From: Myxococcota bacterium
GTDB lineage: Bacteria; Myxococcota_C; UBA6777
Direction: 5' to 3'
NCBI GenBank assembly: GCA_023150835.1
Contig: JAKLKB010000008.1
Location: forward strand, 62,001-82,360
DNA: 20,360 nt
The notes beneath the pieces were generated by a model. The model was not told where the DNA came from. It did not search any database and saw nothing but the letters and a program-made list of their open reading frames with translations. Position numbers and translations under genes: made by a program. This document shows positions 1 through 9,345 of the stretch, one piece after another (positions within the stretch are counted from its first letter, which is position 1; every line of letters starts with the position of its first letter).

Positions 1-1
1 C

Positions 2-3000
2 AACGATCTTTACGTGATGCCCGCAGAAGGTGGTTCTCCCCGTCGTTTGACCTTTCGTCCCGGACCAGATATCCCTGTGGCTTGGACTCCAGACAGCCAG
101 TACATCCTTTTTATGTCGCGCCGTCGTTATCAATTTTGGAACTGGTTCTTGTACAAAGTCCATGTATCGGGCAAAGAGCCGATCTCGCGTTTTCCTGTCG
201 GCCACGCTGCGGCCCTTGCGTTCTCGCCTGATGGTCAGCGTGTCGCCTTCAATCGAGGTTTCCGTGAACTTCGCACGTGGAAGCGCTATACAGGCGGATG
301 GGCGCAGGATATCTGGTTGGGGGATCTCAAGACGCAACGGTTTCAGAAGTTGACTACTTTTCCCGGAACAGATGTTCATCCGATGTGGTACAAAGATCGC
401 GTTTACTTTGTTTCGGATCGTTCGGGGACGCGCAATATCTTTTCAATGGATCTGCAACGAAAACAGATCCTTCAGCACACCTTTCACGAGATCTGGGATG
501 TTCGGTGGGCGTCGCTTGGGGGGGATCGCATTGTGTATCAAGGTGGTGCGGATATCTGGTGTTTGGATCTGACCACCAACCTGACCACTCGCGTCGATAT
601 CCGCCTGACCACCGACGCGATCCGTCGCCGCCCGCGTTATATCCCCGGGTTTGCGTATTTTGAAAACTACTTTGATCTCGACAAAACGGGGGATCGCCTT
701 GTTCTCAACGTACGTGGCGATATCTTTCAAGTCCCCACCCAAAAAGGCGGCTATCCTGTCCGCGTCACCGCATCTTCCAACAGCCGAGAAAAGTACCCTT
801 CTTTTCTACCAAGCGGAGACAAGATCATCGCAATGTCCGATGCTTCGGGCGAAGATGAAATAACGATCTACGATGCGCTTGGCGAAGATCCGCCCAAATC
901 CGTGACAAAGGGCGGAAAAGTCTGGCGCTTTTGGCCTGTTTCTTCGCCCGACGGGAAATGGGCCTTGTTTTCGGACAAAGACCTGAAGCTGTGGCTGGTG
1001 GATATCGCCACAGGAAAGACCCAGATGGTCGATCAATCCGAGACTTGGGAGATCTACACCTATTTCTTTTCTCCAGACAGCCGCTATGTCGCGTACGTCA
1101 AAACCGAAAAGAACCGATTGTCCTCGATCTTCCTCTATGATATCCAAAAGAAAGTAAGTATTCGTGCTACACGCGATTGGACGAATGATTATGCTCCGAC
1201 TTTTTCGGAGGATGGAAAAACGCTGTACTTCCTTTCGGATCGCTCTTTTGACCCGATATTCGGCAACTTTGATTTTCTCGATATCGTGGACAAGACAACG
1301 CGCATCTACGCTCTTTCTCTCGAACCCAAAACCCCCGCGCCTTATCGCATTCAAGACGCTTTGATCGACGCACGCGCCAAAGCAGAGGCCCAACAGCAGC
1401 CTGACACCGCCAAGATACCGCGACCACACCTGCGTCAACTCCGTCCGCTCCAACAAAAAACCGACCTATCCACCGCCAAGATCGCTGCGGCCCCCTCCAC
1501 ACCCAAGACCCCCACCACTCAGCCTTCTAAGACTGCCAAGCCTTCGGTCGTACCTGAAAAAGGCACTCCACGTACTGCAAAGACGGCTCCTTTGCAGCAA
1601 AATGCTGGAAAACATCATCAAAAAACAAAAGAAAAAACAGCAGGCAGACCGCAGAGAAAAGAGCAAAAGAAAAAAGCACCACCTCAGATCGTCGTGATCT
1701 CGGAGGGCCTTGAAGATCGGGCCACTTTGTTGCGAGAGATCCCTGCTGGACATTATTTTGCGCTGCGAGCGGTCAAAGGGCGCTTGTTTTGGATGAGCCG
1801 TCCCACTTTTGGCGTGATGTCGCGAGCACACTGGCGATCTCCTGTCAATACCTTGTATGCCTTTGATCTCAAAAACAAAAAGGTTCTGACGATCGCGCCG
1901 AGCATCCACAGCTACGATATCTCGGACGATGGCGGCAAAGTCGCGATCCGCCGAGGGATGCGCTTTCAAGTCTTTTCTAGCCAAGCCCCTACTGCTCCTA
2001 AGGGCGATGTCGGGATCGTGGATCTGTCTTTCCTCTCCAAGTTTCGCGTCAAACCTGCCCAAGAATGGGGGCAGATCCTCAAAGAGGCATGGCGACTCCA
2101 GCGCGACTTTTACTGGGCGGCAGATATGGCCAAGATCCAATGGGACAAGATCGGGGCGCGTTATCTCAAGCTGCTACCGCGCCTTTTGACGCGTGGCGAT
2201 CTCAACGATCTGATCGGCGAGATGATCGGTGAGTTGGGAACTTCACATACCTATGTCTTCGGCGGAGATCGCCGTCCTGTCGAATGGATCGCGCATGGTC
2301 TGCTTGGGGCTGACTTTGAGGCCGATGCAAGCGGGTTTTACAAAGTCAAGCACATCCTGCGCGGTGCGCCTTGGGCGCAACACCTTGCTTCGCCGCTTGC
2401 CGCCCACCATCTCGGCATCCAAAACGGCACGTATCTTCTCGCCATCAATCGTCAGCCTCTTACCACCAAAACTTCGATGTATGCGGCCCTTCAGAACACG
2501 GCTGGCAAAACGGTGATGTTGCTCGTCAATGACAAACCCACGCGCCAAGGCGCTCGCCGTGTCTTGGTTAAAGCCATCCACGTGGGGCAAGATAGCCAAC
2601 TGCGTTATCTCGATTGGGTCGAAAGCCGCCGCCTTTTGGTGGACAAGTGGAGTGGAGGGCGTGTTGCCTACCTCCATCTTCCCGATATGTCGGCCAACGG
2701 ACTCGTTGCCTTTTATCGTATGTGGTATCCCCAGCTTCACAAACACGCTCTCTTGATCGATGTGCGCGGAAACGGCGGAGGCAACGTCTCTCAGATCCTG
2801 ATCCAAAAACTCGCTCGCCGTATTTGGGCGGCCTTTACCGCACGCAATGTCAAAACTGCTTTTTGGACCGCTCCTTCGGCTGCTTTTCGTGGGCACATGG
2901 CTGTTTTGACCAATCAAAACGCAGGCTCCGATGGCGATATCTTTTGCCGTTCTTTCCAGATCCTCAAGATGGGCAAAGTGTTTGGCACGCGCACATGGGG

Positions 3001-3343
3001 GGGCGTCGTCGGAATTCGCGGTGGCAAGTTCTTTTTGGATCGCGGCATGACGACACAACCCGAGTTTGCTTGGTGGTCGCGTCAAGATGGCTGGCGGATC
3101 GAAAATCAAGGCGTCACTCCTGATGTGATCGTCGATAACCTTCCTGAAGATATCGAGAAAAATTATGATCGACAATTGAAGAAAGTGACCAAGCACCTGC
3201 TTGCTTTGCTTAAACAAGCCCCCATCCCACCGTTGAAATTTCCTGCCTCCCCCGACAAGTCGATCCCCGGCTTCCTCGAACAATGGAAGCAATGGACCCA
3301 AGAAGTCCAACCCGCTCCCATCCGCCTCCCCAAAGAAAACTGA
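2..3343 (+). CDS. Tricorn protease homolog (peptidase S41; beta-propellers, PDZ, C-terminal catalytic domain); 5' end lies upstream of the window
   Basis: The frame is open from base 2 (NDLYVMPAEGGSPRRLT), typical of the first propeller repeats. PD40-like repeats (WTPD, FSPDG, SSPDG), WKRYTGG motif, GELGTSHTY (catalytic His), YLHLPDM, IDVRGNGGG, AGSDGD (catalytic Ser), GTRTWGG and ENQGVTPD all match tricorn proteases. Confidence 0.93.
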   Translation, partial: NDLYVMPAEGGSPRRLTFRPGPDIPVAWTPDSQYILFMSRRRYQFWNWFLYKVHVSGKEPISRFPVGHAAALAFSPDGQRVAFNRGFRELRTWKRYTGGWAQDIWLGDLKTQRFQKLTTFPGTDVHPMWYKDRVYFVSDRSGTRNIFSMDLQRKQILQHTFHEIWDVRWASLGGDRIVYQGGADIWCLDLTTNLTTRVDIRLTTDAIRRRPRYIPGFAYFENYFDLDKTGDRLVLNVRGDIFQVPTQKGGYPVRVTASSNSREKYPSFLPSGDKIIAMSDASGEDEITIYDALGEDPPKSVTKGGKVWRFWPVSSPDGKWALFSDKDLKLWLVDIATGKTQMVDQSETWEIYTYFFSPDSRYVAYVKTEKNRLSSIFLYDIQKKVSIRATRDWTNDYAPTFSEDGKTLYFLSDRSFDPIFGNFDFLDIVDKTTRIYALSLEPKTPAPYRIQDALIDARAKAEAQQQPDTAKIPRPHLRQLRPLQQKTDLSTAKIAAAPSTPKTPTTQPSKTAKPSVVPEKGTPRTAKTAPLQQNAGKHHQKTKEKTAGRPQRKEQKKKAPPQIVVISEGLEDRATLLREIPAGHYFALRAVKGRLFWMSRPTFGVMSRAHWRSPVNTLYAFDLKNKKVLTIAPSIHSYDISDDGGKVAIRRGMRFQVFSSQAPTAPKGDVGIVDLSFLSKFRVKPAQEWGQILKEAWRLQRDFYWAADMAKIQWDKIGARYLKLLPRLLTRGDLNDLIGEMIGELGTSHTYVFGGDRRPVEWIAHGLLGADFEADASGFYKVKHILRGAPWAQHLASPLAAHHLGIQNGTYLLAINRQPLTTKTSMYAALQNTAGKTVMLLVNDKPTRQGARRVLVKAIHVGQDSQLRYLDWVESRRLLVDKWSGGRVAYLHLPDMSANGLVAFYRMWYPQLHKHALLIDVRGNGGGNVSQILIQKLARRIWAAFTARNVKTAFWTAPSAAFRGHMAVLTNQNAGSDGDIFCRSFQILKMGKVFGTRTWGGVVGIRGGKFFLDRGMTTQPEFAWWSRQDGWRIENQGVTPDVIVDNLPEDIEKNYDRQLKKVTKHLLALLKQAPIPPLKFPASPDKSIPGFLEQWKQWTQEVQPAPIRLPKEN

Positions 3344-3366
3344 TCTTTTTCAACGTCCAACAGCAC

Positions 3367-3559
3367 AGGGATTGCGCGATTGGATGGGATTTGTGGAGCG
3401 GTTGCCCTGTAGCGCAACGAACACCGCCAACTCCAAGCCGCCCTCGAAGATTGCGCGATTGGATGGGATTTGTGGAGCGTTGCTCACCGCTCTCGCATTG
3501 ATCGTCAATTGCGATAAACTTGAAGATTGCGCGATTGGATGGGATTTGTGGAGCGTTGC
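3367..3559. repeat. Three direct repeats (~38 nt; 31-nt identical core GATTGCGCGATTGGATGGGATTTGTGGAGCG) separated by 40- and 38-nt unique segments; REP-cluster or degenerate CRISPR-like mini-array
   Basis: Identical cores at 3370-3400, 3449-3479 and 3525-3555 (period 79/76 nt). Copies 2 and 3 are identical over 38 nt (3446-3483, 3522-3559). Confidence 0.9.
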
Positions 3560-3560
3560 C

Positions 3561-3670
3561 CCACACCCCACAAGGGACCGATGGCCCCTTGACCCCGTTT
3601 TGACGGTGTGATCGCGATTTTTCCACGCCAACAGCGGCTCCGTTTGAAGTTCCGCGAACACGGGGTTTTT
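3561..3670 (-). repeat. Dispersed ~110-nt REP/MITE-like element, copy A
   Basis: Aligns without gaps to 12905-13014 (83/110 by manual count; first 40 nt 36/40). Contains the hairpin CAAGGGGCC-ATC-GGTCCCTTG on the minus strand. Confidence 0.85.
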
Positions 3671-3690
3671 CTTGGCTGTGTTCTCGTCGA

Positions 3691-6600
3691 TCAAGTGGCA
3701 GAGAGCGATACCATGCGCTTTTCGGCGTCAGGGGGGAGAGAGCCGGGGAGTAGAGCGTGCGCAAGGCGAAGAGGAGCTCGGATGTCCTGCGATCCCATCC
3801 ATTCGAGGGCGGCTCGGACGAGTTTGGCGCCTTCGTCGTTCGCAAGCCAGAGTCCACGACAAAGCATCGTTGCATGGGTGTAAGCAAAAGTATCCGTGTC
3901 TTCGAGGCGAGCTTCCGCTGCGGTAAGATATTGGAGTCCTTGTTCGGGTTTGCCGTCCAAAAAGGCACAACCCGCACGCAGTTGAAGAGACCAAGGAAAA
4001 GCCCACCGCACGACTTCGCGTTCGATGATCTTTGCGCAGCGCACCGCCTCACGGAAGAACTTTTTGCGTTCTGAACCAAGACTCTGGAGCGCACACGCCA
4101 GCGCACAACGCCCACGCAGATGGTACAATTCAATACGATTGAATTGGATTTGAAGGAACAGACCTCGTCGGATCTGTCCCCATTGTTGGTGGATGTATTC
4201 CCATAAAGGAAACGGCAGATCTTGGTATAGCGCCACTTCGCCTCGGTTGACTAGCTCGATGTAGTGTTGGAGGTGGAAGTTTCGCTTGGACCAAGGTTCG
4301 AGCGCCAAATCGATCGTTTCGAGCGCACGTTCGGGCTGATCCTGCACAAGGAGCAGTTTGGGCGCAACGCCAAGCCGCAAGTTCGTTTGGGTGTAGAGAT
4401 CGCCGCGATCTTCGGCCTCATGCAAGATCAGCGGGAGTGTTCGTTGGCATTCTCGAAATTCCCCCATAAAGAGAAGGGCATTCATCGTGTAAAAATGGGC
4501 ATTGGAAAGCTCCCAAGTCACGCCTGTGCAACTTTTTCTCAGGATGCTCTCTGCTTGGCGGCATCGGTCGTAAGCTCGTCGCCATGAACCCCCCGTAAAA
4601 GCCGCAAATCCCGTGGTGAGAGAACAGAATCCGATGATATGGGGGTTATTGAGTTGTTTTCCGATGGTCAGGGCTTGGGCGGTCATCTCTTCGGTGCGGC
4701 GTTGTCTGTTGTGATTCCGACTGGAGCGTTGGAAAGAACCGTAAGCGGCTTCCATCGCGTAGGCCAAGGCCAGCCGGTAAGGATCGCGTGCGCGGATGGC
4801 TTCGAGGAGGTGTTGCGCTTGGAACGCCATGCCTTGCAACGGATCGATTAGACCCGCATCGATCGAGACGACGCGGCACGCCTCAAGGCGCAAGGTTTGT
4901 TCTAGGCTAAGTCTGCTCGGAAAGTCAGACTGTTTGTGCTTACTCGTTTGGTGTTCGTAAAGTTCTTTGAGGTCGACCGTCGTCTGTGTGGGGGAGCTGT
5001 GGAGGGACGGGTTGCGGTGAAAGGGAAGATCAAAGATGTCTGGAAAGCGTTGAAAGAACAAGCGGATGCGGTATCGTAGCCACGTCCAGATGGTCTTGCT
5101 CGGAGAGTGACTCCATTGGAGGTTGAGCTCTTTGAGCAGCGGAGGGAGGATGTCAAAGCCTCGCTGAAGCTGGCCGCAGCGGATCAACTGGGTGGCGGCT
5201 TGGAGTCGCTGTTGGCGTTGGAGATGTTGGGCTTCTTCTTGTGGAATCTTCTTCTGCTGCTGAAGGCTTTGTGTGAGTTCGGCAGCTTTCAGATAAGCAT
5301 CCGCCGAGCTTTCGCCGAGACCTTGTGTGGCAAGCGCCCCTGCGAGTCCTTGGTAGATGTCGCGCTCCTGAGCGAGATCAGGCTGTAGGGTGAGTGCATG
5401 GCGATACCATCGGGCTGCTTGAGCGAAGGCGAGAGCGTCTTCGGCGTCGCGAGCCGCCCGAAGTGTGTAGGCCAACGCTTCGAAGAAGTCGCCCGTTTGG
5501 GACAGGTGGAAGGCGAGTCGCTTGGCGTCGGGGATCTGTTCTTCGGAGAGTGCGTTCGCAAGGCGTTTGTGAAATTGGCGCTTTGCCTCGGTATCGTGTT
5601 GATCGAGCAACTCTAAGAGTGTCTCTCGGTGTCGTTCGTGGTAGATGTCGATCTCTTCGTCTTTCTGGCTTTCACGAAGTCGGATCAGATGCTGGTGTCG
5701 GAGTTGTCCTAGATCTGCGGCCTCAAGCGGCGAATCAAGGACGCGCAACAACAGTTTTCTTGTCGTCGGCTGTCCGGCTGTTGCGAGCAGATAAAGCAGC
5801 TCTTGTTGTTTGTCGGAGAGCTGCGAGAAACGAGCCTCAAACACATGGCGGAGTTGGACGGATTGGAGCATGGGATCGAGCTTGCGCTGCCACTCGTTGC
5901 GAGCGTCGTCTTCGGGAGGGGCTTCTTCTTCTTCGGCTTCTGTGGAAGCCTGAAGCAGGTCGGCGAGTTGTTCGGCGGGCGTGTGTTGTTGGAGGTATCG
6001 AACCAGTTCTTCTAACAGATAAGGATTTCCACCAGCTTGTTTTGCGAGAGAAAACAGCAGCGTCGAGCGACTTTTTGAAGGTTGACCCAACATCAGCGCA
6101 GCGAGTTCGGCAGCTTCGGCCACAGAGAGTCCTTTGACCACGAGGCGCGTGAGGGGAAAGCTGGTTCCAAAAAATTGATGATGAATCAGAAATTTTTGCA
6201 AAAAGGGGCTGCTGTCGAGGTCTTCGCTCCGAAAGCAGCCAAGGAAGAACAAAGCCGGGGGATCGGGTGGACGCAACAACTCGATCAACAGCGCCGCGCT
6301 GTCCTCATCGCCCCATTGTAGATCGTCGATAAAGAAGATCACCTTACGCTTTTTAGAGATGCGATGTAAGAGTTCTCGCAACGCACCAAATGCCCGACGT
6401 CGTTGTTCTGTTGGATCGAGTGCCTGCTCGTATTCGTCGATCTGAAGGGGGCGAACGCGCCGCATCACTCGAAAGATCTGTATTAATTCTTCGATCCCTT
6501 CTGGGATAAGGACTCTGAGTTCGGAGGGCGGGAGCATATTCAGATGGTAGCTGAGTTGCTCCATCAGCCCGTCCATCGCTTTGTAGGGGATGGATTCTTG

Positions 6601-7854
6601 TTTGTAGCAACGAGCGCAAAGGGCGAGAGCGGGCGCTTCCCCCTGTAGAAGGGCGACGGAAAGACGGGCGAGATGGCTCTTTCCGATGCCACTCTCGCCT
6701 TCGATGAAAAGAGCTCTCGATTGGCCGCTCTCTGTTTGTTGGAAGGCGCGTCGAAGCTCTTTCAGCTCGACCGTTCGACCGATCAGCGGCATCTGTCCGA
6801 CGAGGCTTTCCGAGCGCATCTGCGAGTCTACAGGGAGCTGTGCGCCGATCCGTTCGAGGATCTCGATGCTTTTGGGTCGATCTTTCGGAGCAGGTTGGAG
6901 TAGATCGAGCGTAAGTTGGTCGAGCCATTCTGGGATCTCGTCGAACCATTCGCGGGCTGGCTTGGGTGTGCGGGTTTGTTTTTTTTGCAGGATCTCAGCG
7001 TAACTCCCCTCAAAAGGAAGTCTTCCTGCTAGGGCTTGGTACAACATTACGCCAACGCTGTACCAGTCGCTGGCTTCGGTGAGTGTTCGTTGGTAGGCTT
7101 GCTCTGGAGACATATACGCGGGTGTTCCGGCGGCTTTGACATCTTGATCGAGATTGAGTTGGTTGTGGCGCAGATCCGCGACCAGTCCAAAATCGAGGAT
7201 CACAACGCGCCCTTCGGAAGTGACGAGGACGTTCGAGGGTTTGAGGTCTCGATGCAGGAGGCCCATCCGATGGAGGGTATCGACGCCCTGCGCCAGTTGG
7301 CGAAGTGAACTGAGCAGGCGCCCTAGATGAAAAGGGGCGCGGGCTTCGGGTGGGACGGAGTGCTCGGCGGGATGGTCGGGGTTGTATCGGGGCTTTTCTT
7401 CGTCTTCGCCTGTAGGCAAGCCGATGTCGGAGATGGATCTTGTGTCGAGGTAAGCCTGCATGGCGAGAAGAGAGCGGGTGGGGCCTTCGACGAAGGAAGA
7501 CAGCTTTGGGGGGATCTCTGATGGGTGTGCGGGCTGTTTTCTGGTGTACTCCAAAAAGTCCACCCCGTCGATCAGTTCCATCGTGAAGAAGAGTCGACCT
7601 GTCTCGTCGTCGGCTACAAGGTCGTGGAGAGCGACGAGGTTGGGATGGGCGAGATCTGCGAGGGCTCTAAACTCTCGCTTGAATTTGGAAAGCATCTCCG
7701 CGTCTGGGGTCTTGAGCGTTTTGAGCGCCACGACCGTGTTGAGCTGGTGATCGAGGGCTCGGAACACCACACCAAACCCTCCTTCTCCCAACTCTCCCAA
7801 CAGCTCATATCGGCGATTTCCTAACCACACGGATGTCTCTTGTTTTTGTGTCAT
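3691..7854 (-). CDS. Hanks-type Ser/Thr protein kinase fused to an AAA/STAND-like ATPase and a C-terminal helical (TPR-like) region
   Basis: Kinase motifs LGEGGFGVV, VALK, HRDLKPSN, DFG and GTPAYMSPE. Walker A GESGIGKS, Walker B FFIDDLQWGD and GGNPYLLEE. ATG at 7854 (MTQKQ) is preferred over the ORF-track start at 7953. Confidence 0.92.
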   Translation of the reverse strand: MTQKQETSVWLGNRRYELLGELGEGGFGVVFRALDHQLNTVVALKTLKTPDAEMLSKFKREFRALADLAHPNLVALHDLVADDETGRLFFTMELIDGVDFLEYTRKQPAHPSEIPPKLSSFVEGPTRSLLAMQAYLDTRSISDIGLPTGEDEEKPRYNPDHPAEHSVPPEARAPFHLGRLLSSLRQLAQGVDTLHRMGLLHRDLKPSNVLVTSEGRVVILDFGLVADLRHNQLNLDQDVKAAGTPAYMSPEQAYQRTLTEASDWYSVGVMLYQALAGRLPFEGSYAEILQKKQTRTPKPAREWFDEIPEWLDQLTLDLLQPAPKDRPKSIEILERIGAQLPVDSQMRSESLVGQMPLIGRTVELKELRRAFQQTESGQSRALFIEGESGIGKSHLARLSVALLQGEAPALALCARCYKQESIPYKAMDGLMEQLSYHLNMLPPSELRVLIPEGIEELIQIFRVMRRVRPLQIDEYEQALDPTEQRRRAFGALRELLHRISKKRKVIFFIDDLQWGDEDSAALLIELLRPPDPPALFFLGCFRSEDLDSSPFLQKFLIHHQFFGTSFPLTRLVVKGLSVAEAAELAALMLGQPSKSRSTLLFSLAKQAGGNPYLLEELVRYLQQHTPAEQLADLLQASTEAEEEEAPPEDDARNEWQRKLDPMLQSVQLRHVFEARFSQLSDKQQELLYLLATAGQPTTRKLLLRVLDSPLEAADLGQLRHQHLIRLRESQKDEEIDIYHERHRETLLELLDQHDTEAKRQFHKRLANALSEEQIPDAKRLAFHLSQTGDFFEALAYTLRAARDAEDALAFAQAARWYRHALTLQPDLAQERDIYQGLAGALATQGLGESSADAYLKAAELTQSLQQQKKIPQEEAQHLQRQQRLQAATQLIRCGQLQRGFDILPPLLKELNLQWSHSPSKTIWTWLRYRIRLFFQRFPDIFDLPFHRNPSLHSSPTQTTVDLKELYEHQTSKHKQSDFPSRLSLEQTLRLEACRVVSIDAGLIDPLQGMAFQAQHLLEAIRARDPYRLALAYAMEAAYGSFQRSSRNHNRQRRTEEMTAQALTIGKQLNNPHIIGFCSLTTGFAAFTGGSWRRAYDRCRQAESILRKSCTGVTWELSNAHFYTMNALLFMGEFRECQRTLPLILHEAEDRGDLYTQTNLRLGVAPKLLLVQDQPERALETIDLALEPWSKRNFHLQHYIELVNRGEVALYQDLPFPLWEYIHQQWGQIRRGLFLQIQFNRIELYHLRGRCALACALQSLGSERKKFFREAVRCAKIIEREVVRWAFPWSLQLRAGCAFLDGKPEQGLQYLTAAEARLEDTDTFAYTHATMLCRGLWLANDEGAKLVRAALEWMGSQDIRAPLRLAHALLPGSLPPDAEKRMVSLSAT

Positions 7855-8209
7855 CCAGCTCACTCTGCAAGCTCGTTGGCTATCGGATCCGCGCCCCTGT
7901 GCGCTAAACCACCGAAAAGCAATGATTCTTCTTGATGGGATTGTGGCGAGCACTCAGATGACGCAACGCGTCGATTTGCTTTGCCTTTCGCCGAGCGTAG
8001 ACGTGGGGCGTCGAACTGTCAAGTTGTATGACGAGAGTGGATCTCTTCGGAGGAACGGAGCAGACTTTTTTGTAGAAAGGAGTTATACGATATTCGAGTG
8101 ATGTATCCACAAAGGAGAGTACGTAGACGCACGAGTGTCGGGCAGCCAGAGGGGGGCATTTGATCCAACGAATTCATTTCGAGTTCAAACCTGCGAACGA
8201 TCATCTCGG

Positions 8210-8430
8210 GTAGTGCGGGGTTTCGCACCTCACCCCTGTCAAAGGCGGACATCCCCATGACCCACGGGCGCAAACAAGGTTTGCTGTGCGTTATGGGGAA
8301 AGCAAAGCCAACGTCTCTGCCATCCGTACGCTTTTTTCTCCCCCCCCTCGCCTCTGCGACAGCAGGGAGAGGGGGGCTGGGGGGGGGGAGGGTCAAACGA
8401 CGCTTGAAGTGTCGCGAACACGGCTTTTTT
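8210..8430. repeat. Cluster of GC-rich hairpins/REP-like elements, including a partial third copy (8401-8430) of the dispersed element
   Basis: GTAG-led palindrome GTAGTGCGGGGTTTCGCAC (8210-8228). Long hairpin CCCCATGAC...GCAAAC-AAG-GTTTGC...GTTATGGGG (8253-8298). Hairpin CCCCCCTCGCCTCTGC-GACA-GCAGGGAGAGGGGGG (8342-8376). 8401-8430 matches 12985-13014 at 26/30. Confidence 0.7.
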
Positions 8431-8474
8431 TGGCAACTGCATCAGCCCGATGAGAAAAGAACAATAGAAGCTGC

Positions 8475-9164
8475 TCACTCTTGGATAGACCACGTTGCTT
8501 TGCTCATCAGAAAAAGACCGGTATAATACGTGAAAGCATTAACAAAACCAAAGTTTGGGATGTCTCCATGCGCGAGAAATTCGTAAGCCACTTGAAAATC
8601 GGTGCAGAAGAACAGAAACATACCGAGCGAGGCCATCAAAGCCCATCCGAGCTTGTTTTGCACGTAATTAGTCATCGAAAATGACCATGCCAGCGTGATC
8701 ACAAGCAGATACACCGCCGTAAAAATCTGAAACAGAACGCTTTCATGGGGAAAGAGAAAGAAGAAGTAGAGTCCAAAGGCGACACCAAAGGCGAACAGCG
8801 CGGGGAGCAATAGAGAGAGGAGTTTTTCTTTGCGAAATTCGATGTATTGGGAGAAATTGTAGATGTTGAAGAGGTGTGCGATCAGGAAGATGCCCATCCC
8901 AAGCGGGAAAAAGATCGGGAGCGTGGCGTCCGCAAACAGGATGACCCATAGCGTAATGTACAGCACTTTCGCATACTTTGAGTTCCTTTGCACGACAGCA
9001 AAGATCAAAGGGAGCAAGATCGAGATCCTTAAAACGACATCGATGAGGGTGTAATGGGGAGAGCCGATGAAGAAGGTGTCGTTGATCGCGATGATCAACG
9101 CCAACCCAAAGTAAACGACACTGACGATCAGCATGGTGGTTCCTCGTGTGGCATGGGGGGACAC
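8475..9164 (-). CDS. YhhN/TMEM86 (lysoplasmalogenase-like) multi-pass membrane protein
   Basis: About 7-8 hydrophobic segments. Family-like motifs LFADATL, GMGIFLIAHLFNI, GMFLFFCTD and TYYTG. The start could also be ATG 9134. Confidence 0.65.
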   Translation of the reverse strand: MSPHATRGTTMLIVSVVYFGLALIIAINDTFFIGSPHYTLIDVVLRISILLPLIFAVVQRNSKYAKVLYITLWVILFADATLPIFFPLGMGIFLIAHLFNIYNFSQYIEFRKEKLLSLLLPALFAFGVAFGLYFFFLFPHESVLFQIFTAVYLLVITLAWSFSMTNYVQNKLGWALMASLGMFLFFCTDFQVAYEFLAHGDIPNFGFVNAFTYYTGLFLMSKATWSIQE

Positions 9165-9345
9165 ATCATCCCACCCTTCGTTCTATCAACAATCGCGAAC
9201 AGAAGCTACGCACTTGGCTTGTTTCATAAGGAGAGGTATTATGCCCTGTCCAAAGTGCTGCTCCTTTGTCGGAAGTGAGGTAGAACCCCACAACATAAGC
9301 CCAACGGCGTAAGTCCCAAATACAAAACAAATAAAGGAGAATATC

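Noticed and set aside
2243..3310. 355-aa antisense ORF
   Set aside because: Shadow of the tricorn gene with no recognisable motifs.
2..3343. Tricorn protease as a type III-activated protease effector (by analogy to Lon-SAVED or CHAT systems)
   Set aside because: It is 6 kb from cas6 with unrelated genes between, has ordinary tricorn architecture and shows no sensor domain in the visible part.
3210..4133. 307-aa minus-strand ORF and other short ORFs with repeated APQIPSNRAI peptides
   Set aside because: The peptide repeats are just translations of the DNA repeat; the ORF overlaps two real genes and has no protein-like signature.
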